From Vicugna vicugna (Eukaryota): a stretch of 64,000 nucleotides of DNA. Of the stretch, positions 53,022 through 64,000 are shown one piece after another; position 1 is the stretch's first letter, and each line of letters starts with the position of its first letter. Location of the stretch: NCBI GenBank assembly GCA_013265495.1, contig MU058423.1, positions 8,665,627 through 8,729,626 on the forward strand. The letters are read 5' to 3'. A model generated the notes under the pieces. It did not search any database, was not told the origin of the DNA, and was given only the letters and a program-made list of their open reading frames with translations. The position numbers and the translations under genes are program-made.

Positions 53022-53593
53022 CTCAATCACCTCACTCTTATCCCAGCTCTGTTGAATACTGTCTTAATTTGAAAATTTAATACTTTGTTCATCATGAATA
53101 TTTTTGCATTAGTTTTGATTTTTTTCAAAATACTGCATTAAAATATTTTATCTTGATTTCTGAGTTCCTCCCTTCAATTCTGTACCCGAGATGAGTGCCC
53201 TGCTTGCCTAAGTGCCCTGATCCTGCTCTGAATGACTGTGTGGAGCAGAGCCCACCTATCAACCACATTGAACTGGGAGTACTAAATGGTTTTTGTTTGT
53301 TGTGATAAGCTGCTGATACGTGGGAGCAGTTGCTATAACAGCTGAAACCATTTACCCTAACTAATACAACTTGTTAATTTCTCTTGGATTATTGTGTCCA
53401 GGATGTTTCTTAAATTTATCTTTAATTTAACAAAGACTTCTATATCTATATTATCCAAAACTTCTCTTGTGCTAACTCAGGTTACATACTGATAATTAGC
53501 TTCAGGTATCATTTTGGAATCCACTAAAAACCTTACATCATTGGTTCTGCTCAGTGCTGTCTTCCAGGTCTGATGGCATACGGTTCTTGAGAA

Positions 53594-53830
53594 GCAGTGT
53601 AGCATAGTGGTTGGTTACATGCACAGACTGTGGGGTCACATATTCTGGGTCTGAACACAGACAGAGTGCTTCGTAGTCTTAGACTAGATAACAACTTCTT
53701 TGAACCTCAATTTCTTCATTTATAAAATGGGGCCTATAATAGTGCCTATCTCACAGTGTTGTGTGAAGAAGAAATGAAGAAAGACTTGGTATGTAGTGGG
53801 CATGTGACAATTACTAGTAGTTATTCTCAT
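53594..53830 (+). mobile_element. MIR SINE
   Basis: gcagtgtagcatagtggtt...ctcaatttcttcatttataaaatgggg; further MIRs near 17340-17490, 26500-26600, 28800-29000, 30860-31160, 57980-58195. Confidence 0.75.
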
Positions 53831-56800
53831 TTTTTGGGGGTATAAGTCACTTCCTACCTCTCCCACTTTGATATCTGATATAAACCTGAATCAAGGAGAC
53901 ACTTATCAACTAGTCATTCCTGATTTCTTTTAGCAGAATCGTGGATGCTAAACAAAAAACTGAACACGCTGTACTCTAAGGAAGTCCCTCAGCAGTCCTG
54001 TTGTGGGGAAGGCAGTGGCATGGATGGGCAGGGTCACAGGAGCCTCTGGAAATGCCACAGCCTGGAAGCTCAGATGCCAGACCAGCTCCAGAGAGCTGCG
54101 TCCCCACCCATAATGGGAGCCGTCAGCAGTGGAGTCATAAATAAAGATGGAATCTTCTCTCCCATTGGATTAAATTCTAAATATACAATGGCAACTAGAA
54201 GTAAGACAGCTTTGCCAAAAAGAAATCAAGAAAAACAATGGGCGCTGGAATTTTCTCTTGAAGTCCAATTCCCACAAGGACTTTTTTTTTTGCTTTCTTG
54301 TTACCTGTAAATGTCTCAGTTCACAGAAAAGGATTGGTGGGGAAAAAAAAGAATATTACAATAATCCCTCATATCTCAATGGCAATTTACAGAAGAGGAG
54401 ATCAGATAAGAGAACTAACTTTTTGTTTCAATTTACTGAAGACATTTGCATCCTGGATAATGGACTCATGGATTCATTGAGCTTAAAGCTATGAGAGACC
54501 CTTGAAGGCACCTCCTTCTCCTTCTCTCCCTCCTTCCCTTTTCTTCTTCCTCTTCCTCTTCCTCCTCTTTCTTCTTTTTTGCAAGTGAAGAAACTGAGAC
54601 CTCAAAAGGAAGGAGAATCTAGGTCTCTGACCCTCGGTCTAGCACTTACTGAGTATGATTCTTCACCTGGCATATGTTGTCTGGTCTTTCTTAAGAATTC
54701 TACAATCATACAAACGCCCTGCAATGACCTTTACACTGTCCAAAGATTCCATAGAGTAAAATCTCAACAATATATGTTAGTTCTAATTTCTTCTTATACT
54801 TAAAGTACTTAACATGGAAAAGATCAAACAATGGTTCTGAACCCAACACCAATGTCTCCTTCAAAGAGATGAGCATTACATGTTAGTTGCTTGGGGCTGG
54901 GACCCCAGACATACATCTGCTCCTGTTATTTGGAGCCTTGTGCCCTCTCAGATAAGATTTGTGTTTTGGTGGAACACAGAGAGAAGGAGAAGCAGCTGTG
55001 GAGAGCCTGTTAACCAGGGAGATTATCTTTGAAGGCACTTATGAGAACCTGAGCGGCATAAAACCCAGAGAAATTATCCTGTTACACTTCTTTATGCATT
55101 AATCCAATGCACATGTATGCCATGCACTGTATACAAACTGGAGAATGAAAAGCTCTGCCCCAAAGGGAGGCAAACATGTGATAATCTGTAATGCAATCTG
55201 GTGGGCACAGTAACTAGCTTGAACGTGAGGGGTCAGCCTAGGCTAGTGATGGGGACTGTGACCCCAGTTTTGCAGGATGAGTAAGTCTAGATGGATAAGA
55301 TAGGAAGGGTGTTCCCGGCAAAGGAAACAGTAAATTGTTAAGTGTGGGTTGCTCATAGGAGGTGGTGACTCGTGGCTAAATTCTGAAGGATGAGTAAGAG
55401 TAAGTGGACAAGATAGGAAAGATCAATCCGAGCAGAGGAAGCAGAGTAAATCTTGAAAGAGTCTTTCCAGTTTTGATAAGCCCCTGAAGGTCAGAGGCAG
55501 TGTGCTCCTCAACTTCACAATCCTAACTCTAACACAGAGCCTGGCAGAGAGCAGGGTAAGTGGAATGAATGACTGCTGAGTAAATGAATGGATGCAGGCA
55601 GGGAGCAGGTATCCTCATTTTCAGTCCTCAGAATTCAACACTCTTCCTACTGGGAATCTATGTACTTTTCCAAGCTCCCCTGAACCTCCGGCGTGAGACA
55701 TTCGCTGTGACCAAGGGTGACATCTGGCAGCAGCTTCTTGGCTGTCCAAGACACACTAATCTGAAGAGGAAGGTTTGGGTCTCTGCTGGGAAATGAAGTA
55801 AATCTTAACAGAGAAATAAAAATAAGCTGCAGGATAAATCAAATTGTCCCTTAATGAAAACATGGACTGGGGGGTATGGGTGGGGTGCAGTGAGCATATT
55901 AAATTCCCCTTGGAGAGTGGACTGTCTTCCTTTGATGTTGCTTTTTAAATTAAGGATAATTTTGTACTATCTGGACAAAGTAAGCTGTTCCTCTAGCTAC
56001 ACAGCTGACAGAATTCAAGAGGAACGTAGCTAAATCTCCCCAGCTCCCCAGTCCCTGAAGCCTTCCCCTGCCTCTGGAAACCAGAGTTTAGGCTAACAAG
56101 CCTGTGGATGTGAGGGCACTGGGGAAAATCACTTTCATTATGTTGCATTTTTTGAAATAAAAATAATACAAACTAACAGAGCAAAAGGATGACCTAATCA
56201 AGTACTGTTGGACCTTGGTGATGGGTGGATGGGCACGGGGCTCACTATGTCATTCTCTCTACCTGCATATGATGAAAAGTTTCCATAACAAAATAAGTTT
56301 TTAAAAAGTTTCCATCTGTCCTCGTGGTCTGTATCCCCGCAGGCCTCCAAAGCCACTCTCCAGAGTTAAACATGATAATGACTACTTCTGTATTCTTCCA
56401 AACATTTTCTGATCATTTACAAGCACATATATGAGCCTGATTTTAAAATAGTATTTCATATGCATACTATTCTGAATCTTCATTGTTCTTTTCTTAACAT
56501 ATTGCAGAGTTCTTGACATAGCAAAGCGTGTAACTCTGCCTCGTTCTTATAATGGCTATATAGTATTCCACTCGAAGCAGATATGTCAGCACTGCACATT
56601 CTGTGGTATTAATTTTTATATGTCTTTGTAAATATAATAGGTGAAAGTATTAATATAATAGGTGAAAATATTAATTATAAGTGAGGACCAGCATTTTTTC
56701 ACAGGTGTATTGGTCACTCATATTTCTTTCTCTGTGAAGTTTTCATTCAAATCTTTTGCCCATTTCTCTTTCAGGGATTTTTTTTGTCCTCTTTTTATTT

Positions 56801-57067
56801 GTTGGTAATGTTTCTCTAATAGTAATAAGGCAGCTTTCCATTTGTCTGATGCATGTTACAGATATTTAGGGCACAGCGTACTAATGTGGTCAGGAGTAGC
56901 CCTCTGGAGCGAAATAACTGGGCTGCCGGAACACTCGTCACCCCTGACAGGCGACATGGCCAGTCTACTGAAATATACATTGAAATATACTGTTGGTACA
57001 AAATGTTACAAGACTTGTCACTTTGAATATCAAAGACACCAGATAGGAAAAAATTTTCTCAGCACGT

Positions 57068-57085
57068 GCACACACACACACACAT

Positions 57086-57131
<46 letters not shown>
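57068..57131. repeat. Compound (CA)n/(TACA)n microsatellite
   Basis: Directly visible. Confidence 0.95.
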
Positions 57132-57133
<2 letters not shown>

Positions 57134-57399
57134 AAGGAGCCTTCCTCTATGTTCTTTCTCAAGAACTTTCACAGGTGGATCTGACCACAGGACTTCTGCC
57201 AAAGGCTTTTCATCTTCCAGAACAATTACTCATTTGGAAGTACCACCCCTCCAGGACCCCTGAACCACCCCCAGTCCCACCATTTCCTCCCTCCTCTCCT
57301 CTCCTGACTCACTCAGCCACTCCCCCAATCAGAAGACTGACTTCTAGATGTGCTCTCAGCTGGGGAAACTCACAAGACATGGTAGAGAAGACCTGGTTA

Positions 57400-59100
57400 C
57401 ACTTGCTCCCCTCCCAAGACTCAAGCCCCTCTGGTTACTGATACCCTAGTCTCTGCTCTCATCCCAGCTCCCTGTCCCTCTTCTCCCTCCCACGTCTTTC
57501 CTCTGAATCTCCCCACTATTAAGCTCCCTACATCTTCATGGAGCCTTCCCTCTTTGCCTTAAGTAAAACTTGGCTCTTTCTCGAGATACCAAGCATCCTC
57601 TTGAGTGACAGTCTCCTTTCCTACATCCCATATGAAACTTGCAGGTCTGAAAATTAGATCAGCATCTTCTTTACTCCCTACGGTTGCTCTCAGACCATTT
57701 CTCCTCCACACTTTCGAAAAAAACCTCTATGTCCTGCCACTGAAAGTACGAATTTAGTTGCAGCTATACCCTTAATTTCTATCCTCTTTCTCTCCTATTC
57801 CAATATTTCTTTCTGTTTAAGGCTGACCTCTCCACTTGTGCTCTTGGCCCCATTCCCTTCCCATCTTTGGAGGTACTTTATTCTACTGTTTTTCCTCCCC
57901 CTCCTGTACCTTTAAACATTTCTTCTCCACAGATGACTCCTTCCCACCCACATAGTTCTGCAGAACACAGCAAGGGATCCAGTGGGTAATGATTAACAGC
58001 ACGAACTCTGGGGTCAGGTAGCCCAGGGACAAATTTTGACTTCACCCTATATAACCATGTGGCTTTAGATAAGTTCTTTGCCATCTGTAAAGGGAGATCA
58101 AAGAATATCTCCTTTTGTGAGGATTAAATTAGTGAATATGTGTAAAGCATTTAGAACAGTGCCTGGCCCATGGCAAGTACTATTTAAGTGTTTGCTAAAT
58201 AATTCCCCAGCATTTTAAAACATGTCTCTCCTTTGACACAAAAACCAAACATGCAAACAACACTCTTCCTAGTTCCCACTTTCCTCTCCAGTCACCACCC
58301 TTCTTCTCTCCTTCCCTGACCAGCCAAGCTTTTTGAAAGAGTCTTCTACACATATTGTCTTCACTTTCTCTGCTTCTGTTCAAAACCCAACTTGCCGCAG
58401 ATAGAATTCACTAAGTCTGCTCTTGCCAAGGACTGCGCTCACAACCTCCTAGCTGAATCCAATAGCTGCTTTTCCCTCTTTATTGATTTGTCACTCGTGT
58501 TTAATGTCACCAATTATTACCCCCTTGGAAGGCTCACTTCTGGCTCTAGAGAAACATCATTCTCTTCTGTTTCTCCTCCTAACAATCCAGCCACTCCCCT
58601 CTCTCCCTTTTATGTTCCATTTCTTCGGCACCGTCCGTTAAACAGTCCTGAAGGATCTGTTCTAGGTTCCGTGGTGATCTGAGGCACTAGCAAACCTGTG
58701 ATGACCATTTCTATGCAGACAATTTTCAAATCTCAATCTCTCTTCCAGATCGCTCTCTGGGCTGAGACATGGAGAGCTGGATGAGGAGCTAAAACTAGTA
58801 AGTTCAAGCATGTGAATGAGTCTGCCTCCTCCCAACATGCCCTACTCCCCGAGTTCCCTCTCTCCGAGAATGGTGCCAGAGTCTACTCTGTCCCCTAAGC
58901 CCAAATCCCAGACTTAGCTCTTGGATGCGCCCCTTCCTAAGCCCCACATTGGGTCAGTCATCTGCTGCTCGAATATCTTCTAAATCCACTCTTTTCTGCA
59001 TCCCAAGTGCCACTACCTTAATTTCTGGCCTGTGTTACTGCATCAGCCTCCAGACTTGCTTCTTCCCTTCTCACTGAAGCTAGAGTGATCTTTCTAAACA
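57400..59100. mobile_element. L2 LINE relic with nested MIR
   Basis: Pyrimidine-rich; ctccacttgtgctcttggccccattccc, ctgctcttgccaagg, gctagagtgatctttctaaa. Confidence 0.6.
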
Positions 59101-60479
59101 ATAAAGAATAAATTAATTCTAAACCACTAAAATAACTGCTTGCCAAATTCTACATTATAACATTCACAGCTTTTTGTCCCTCATCTTATTAATATTCATA
59201 AACTCCCTAGAAGCTTATAAATAATGCCGACTGAAGAGTTTACCCACTATTCTCCATAAATAGCTCGTGCAAGGCTCTGGTTTCAGGAAGCAGCAACCAA
59301 GAGTGCCCCCTAAATTGTTGTTAGTCAGACCCAGCCCCACACTCCTGGGTTTTCACATACCTGTCAAGCCTCAGGGGCCGGGACTTCTCTCCTAAAAGCA
59401 CTGGCTTCCTGAGGCTCTGCAAGATGCTCAAGTGTTTTTTTAAGTGTCTTGTTGTTAAGCTGTGATCGCTCCATGGCCACCGCTGAGATTCAGCTGAACT
59501 TTTCCCATCATTTCAAAACAGCAGCCAAGAAGCTGGGTTTTGAAATTGAATCAAAGACAAGGGTTATGAACCTGAGTGCTCTCCCAGATGTTTGGCCACA
59601 ATGTGGACAATGAGGGCACAGCTTTCAAAAGTTTTACCCAGCCAACAGTGTTCCCCAACAAAATGATATTCATTTGAGAATGAAACTGCTCCCAACTGAC
59701 TTTACCTCTTGGGTTTCTTTGGCATTCATGATGAATGTCTGTAGCACCCAAGTGGTTCTTACTTATTAATGGCTTCCTCAATGCTCTCCGTTGTCCTACT
59801 AGGTTCCTGAAATGGATTCAAAACTTCTAAATGCAAAAGAGCATCTCCTCTTTGGAATGGAAGCACATGCTTCCTGTAAGTACAGACATGGTTTATTTGA
59901 ATCCTTAAGAAAAATCAACGAAGTCAAGGTGAAGGACTTTTCTGAAAGTCAATTGATTAAAAATTATTTCTTTTTTAAAATGAGGCCTAAAACTAAAACT
60001 TTTATTGATTACTTCTGAAGATTAACCACCCGAATTCTGTAGTCTCCTTTGGTAGCATATTTGTAATATAGCAAAACAGACAAATAAACTTTGCTATGAG
60101 AATTTCATAATGGGGACTATTTACCTGATTTAGGTTTCTATACTTCACCATAGTCTTTAAATTCAAGATAATAAGAAATGACCAAATTATTTGTTGAAAA
60201 TAAATGAACCACATTCTGGGCTGTGCATCACATGTACAATGAACAGTAGCTGATATCATTATTATTGATGTCCAATATGTAGAGAAAAGATATTTTAATT
60301 ATAATTTCCTATTATGCTTACTTTTCTAAAATTTGGGGCACAAACTATATTCACAGAAAATTATTGGATACAGCCATCACTGTGTCATCAATGTATCACC
60401 AATCAAGAGCTGGTGTCCTGAGTAGAAGTTTAAATTTTGGCTTTCCAAATATAAATTTCTGAAAAGTCTCCTTTTTATT

Positions 60480-61000
60480 TTATACTTTTAAAAAGTTGAG
60501 CTCTAATATACATACAGTAAAGTGCTTAAATGTTAAGTACGCAGCTTAATTACATTTCACATGTGTGTACGCCTATCAAACCATCACAGAGACAAGACAT
60601 AAAACATTTCCAGCCTTCCAGAAGGCTTTCTGGTGCCCACTCCAGTGAATATCCTCCAAAGATACCCACTATTCTTCTATCACCATGAATTAATTTTAAC
60701 TGTCTTTGAACTTTATACGAGTGGAATCATAATTGTATTCTTTTGTGCCTACCTTCTTTCACTCAACTTTGTGTCTGGCGATTCATCCGTGTTGTTGCAA
60801 ATAACTGTGGCTAGCTCCTTTTCACAGTTTTGTAATATTCTACTGTGAAGGACATTTGGGTTTATTTAAGTCTTTGGTTATTATGAATAAAGCTACTGTG
60901 AACATTCTTGTATATGTTTGAGGTGGACATATTTCTCTTGGGAATATACCTAGAAGTAGAATTGCTGACATATAGAGGCAGCTATGTTTATCTTTAGCTA
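60480..61000 (-). mobile_element. Old LINE-1 3' fragment (L1ME-like)
   Basis: atacatacagtaaagtgc...ttctttcactcaac...gattcatccgtgttgttgc...atacctagaagtagaattgctg; similar relics near 49800-50330 and 56400-56880. Confidence 0.75.
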
Positions 61001-63689
61001 GTTGGAAAAAAGTGGTGCTAAGGGAGAGCAAAATGACCCTCTACTGGTATCTGTTTGTGTTACTTGACATTGTTAGAGAGTATTCTGTAGTTGCAATTGG
61101 TTGAATGAAACAGATGTGCTTCTACGTAAAAACTCGAGGAGTCAGTGTGTAAAGTCAGAGGGCACTTGAACTACTTCAGTAATAGATTGTATATGGGCCA
61201 AATGAGAATTATTTATGTGACTTACTTGAGCCTTTCAGGAAACGACAAAGTTTCAAATATTCTTTTCATTAAAAATTCTTGGGAAGTCGAGAGTGCTGTA
61301 ATTAGACTCAACTATAAGAGCACTGGTGCAATACGAAACTACCTCTGGACCCCAAGTAATCACTGAGGAATACTTTCCCGCAGGGAAGTGAATAATGCTC
61401 TCATCGCTTATCTTTTCCATCGGACACTGTGGGACTTGGAATTTCCACTTGGAAGTCATCTGTGAGAATAAAAACACTCCCATTTATTATTTCATCCACA
61501 GCACCCACCGTCAAACAAAACGTCTCCTCTTCTCTCTTAGGGTTTTTCCTAGGTCTAGTTAATTGTTTGTGTGGGGAATAAATCTGGTGCCAAGTACACG
61601 TTCATAATTATATTATGCTTAACCTCTGGGGGAGCTGAAACCTGACTGACTTCCTCCACATTGTAGAACAGTTTCTTTCCCCCTTGAATGTTTCCTTGCC
61701 CTCCCCCCAACGCTCCCTCCAACTACCACATACAAATGATTTGTGTTTACTCTTTCTGTGCTAGCATCCTTTCCCAAGTCACTTTATTCTCTGCAAAACC
61801 CCTTTGATAATGCAGATCTCTGACTGTCTCCTCACATCCCATTGGCATTAGATCAATTGTACAAAGGTTATCTTGAGGTTTTGTTAGACTTAAAAAAAAT
61901 TTTTTTTTTAACATTCTGGGAATAGTTCCAGGCTTTTTGATTAACTGGGCAGTTCTGGAAATGGTCTGCTTTTGCCATTCCTCACTTGAATTACGGTATT
62001 CACCACTGGCCCTCTATGTCAGGGTGTGCTGCCGAGAGTTTCTGCTCATACAGGAAGAAACAGCTTGGATTCTTATGAAAGTGTTCATTTTGAAGTCATT
62101 TCACCTTCCTATACAAATCTTTATTTAGATTTCTTAATAAACGAGAGAGTCAATGTTAGACCTTTCTAAAAAATTCTGTCAAATCCCTATCATGGACATA
62201 AGTGTGACCCTCAAATCTTTTCCTTCTGATAGCCTCAACCTCTTTTGGCTCAAATTTAACTTTGTTTCAGAGGAACTTGGATCATAGCAGACTATTTTAT
62301 ATACTATGTAGGCAACCACTCTTCATGATTATTAATTTGTTCCTGCATTGAAATCTACAAGCACCATTCAGAAAACTGTGGTAATACCAACAAATGGAGA
62401 ATAGTCAACACATTGATTACAAAACCAGATCAGCTCTACCTTTATGAGACGGGGCCAAGAGTTGCTTCTTGCTAAGTGGTCTTTTGCATATCGTGCCACT
62501 AAAAGAAAGGCAGGGAAGGAAGTAACATTCATTGAGTGCCACATGCCAAACACTCTGCAAACATTTCACACAGGTGAACTGGAAGTTCATGATCACAGGA
62601 GGGTGTGAACTCTTCATAACAACGAGAATGGGGGATTCCTTAACCCACGGGTGCTATGGACTTTACAGAGTCTTGTCCAGTCAGAGGGAAATTTCTTTAG
62701 AGATGACTGGAAGGGGTTGAGCAGCTAAGTTTAAAAGACTTTCCTGTCTTGAATAATTATTGGTCTAACTCACAAGTGTATTTTCTCAATTGCTGCTTCC
62801 TGCACTCTTAGCTTTGCCCTATCTCTGTCTTATTAAGTGTTTAAAACAGCTTGTGAATAATTCATTTGTCTGTTTCTGCAGTGCTGTTTAGCTGCTCCCT
62901 GGGGGTGAGATGTCTCCTGGGCTGCAGCTCAGTTCTTATGCTGGCCATTGTCCTGCTTGGGCTGCCCGCCCTTCTCACTATTTCAAAGATCCCTGGCGAT
63001 AGTCCTGGTTGGCTCCTGGCTTCATACCTGCCAACTCTTGCTGATTCCTCCCACACGTTTCAAATCCCGGCCAGTCCTGGACCTCCAGCTAGTACCACCT
63101 TGTTTGGTTTCCCATTCTTGCCTAACACCCCCCTAGATCCGATACCCAGGAATGTGACTGACAAAGGCACATACGGTGGTCCATATCTATGGCTCTCTGT
63201 ACAGTTAAACTGAACGGATCACATTGACCAAAAGTTATAACCAGGATGATTCCAGAAATTATTCTTTCCACTGGCCTGTAGATCTAGGCCTAAAAATGAA
63301 ATCAAAGAGTATTCACATGGTTGATCCTGAAAACCAACAAAGAGTTGCAGGAGAATCCAGATCTGCTTGGTCTATTTTCTTGAGGAATAGCGTCTAATGA
63401 TTTGACAACAAAATAAGGAATTATGTGTCAAAATCATTTTTTGATGTTGGATAAGTAATGTAGATAAAGTAAAATAATAAATAAAGCGATGTTATATAAG
63501 ATACAAAATAATCAGAAATCTCTGATTTTCTGATGACAGAATGGACTTAATACAGTGCTAGTTACCTGCTATTTAGTTTCTTTCCTGATTTCAATAAATT
63601 AATATTTTAAAAAAGTTTTTTTTTTGTAAAAGGGTTGACAATTCCTGCATGAGAGGAAAATGATTGCAAGCTGATTAAATGTAGTTTAT

Positions 63690-64000
63690 CTCCCAAATGG
63701 CTGTCATCAGTTCTTTCCCTCCTTCTATGTGTATGTCACACCTCCACATCTAAAGATAGAGCCTGTCCCTTCACCATCTGGAATCTGGGCTCTCCCCTGA
63801 GGGCTTCAACCAACAGAATGTGGTAGAAATGGCATTGTGTCAGTTTTGGGTTTGGGCTTTGTGCGGACTGGAAGTTTCCATGTCCTGCCTCTTGGAGCCC
63901 TGAGCTGCTGTGACAGAAGTTCAAGCTACTTTGTTAGACAGAAAGACCACTTGGAGGAGCACAGAAATGCCAGACATGTGACAAAGAAGCCATCTTGGTC
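63690..64000 (+). mobile_element. MaLR LTR (MLT1-like), runs off the window end
   Basis: tggaatctgggct...accaacagaatgtggtagaaatggcattgtgtcagtt...agccatcttgg. Confidence 0.7.

Noticed and set aside
52535..53026. 163-aa ORF with a Cys/His/Trp motif
   Set aside because: LINE-1 ORF2 C-terminus, not a host gene.
55274..55452. Degenerate ~115-bp-period duplication (aggatgagtaag...agatagga)
   Set aside because: Old duplication within L2-like sequence; only two copies, no array or functional signature.
56631..56674. 21-bp tandem repeat AATATAATAGGTGAAARTATT x2
   Set aside because: Simple slippage duplication inside an old L1 relic.
56842..57441. 199-aa + strand ORF, the longest in the window
   Set aside because: Runs through a CA/TACA microsatellite and repeat debris; no recognisable domain.
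21600..64000. Second VCAM1 copy or another coding gene upstream
   Set aside because: No Ig-like or otherwise recognisable peptides in the ORF track or by eye; the region is repeat-rich intergenic DNA.

Overview
Mammalian genomic DNA, probably camelid (three Vic-1-like tRNA-derived SINEs; inference). The only protein-coding gene is a complete VCAM1-family gene on the minus strand (CDS 21110->3627, 9 coding exons, all GT-AG phase-1 introns, 2202 nt, 733 aa): signal peptide, 7 Ig domains, TM helix and short tail, preceded by a recognisable VCAM1 promoter (IRF element, TATA, tandem kB sites, octamers). This copy is atypical. The domain-1 integrin loop reads WAALMDRPL instead of WRTQ(I/L)DSPL, while domain 4 keeps QLDSP. 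D1/D2 carry extra sequons and a basic patch. A TAA removes the last 7 cytoplasmic residues. The distal kB site is mutated. Intron 8 holds a frameshifted eighth-Ig-domain exon whose inclusion would give a secreted form. Together this suggests a diverged VCAM1 paralog or a lineage-specific remodelled VCAM1. The 43 kb upstream is intergenic and rich in transposon relics (L1, L2, CR1, MIR, MaLR/ERVL LTRs, MER5A). Comparisons with human VCAM1 and repeat subfamily names are from recall and need alignment.
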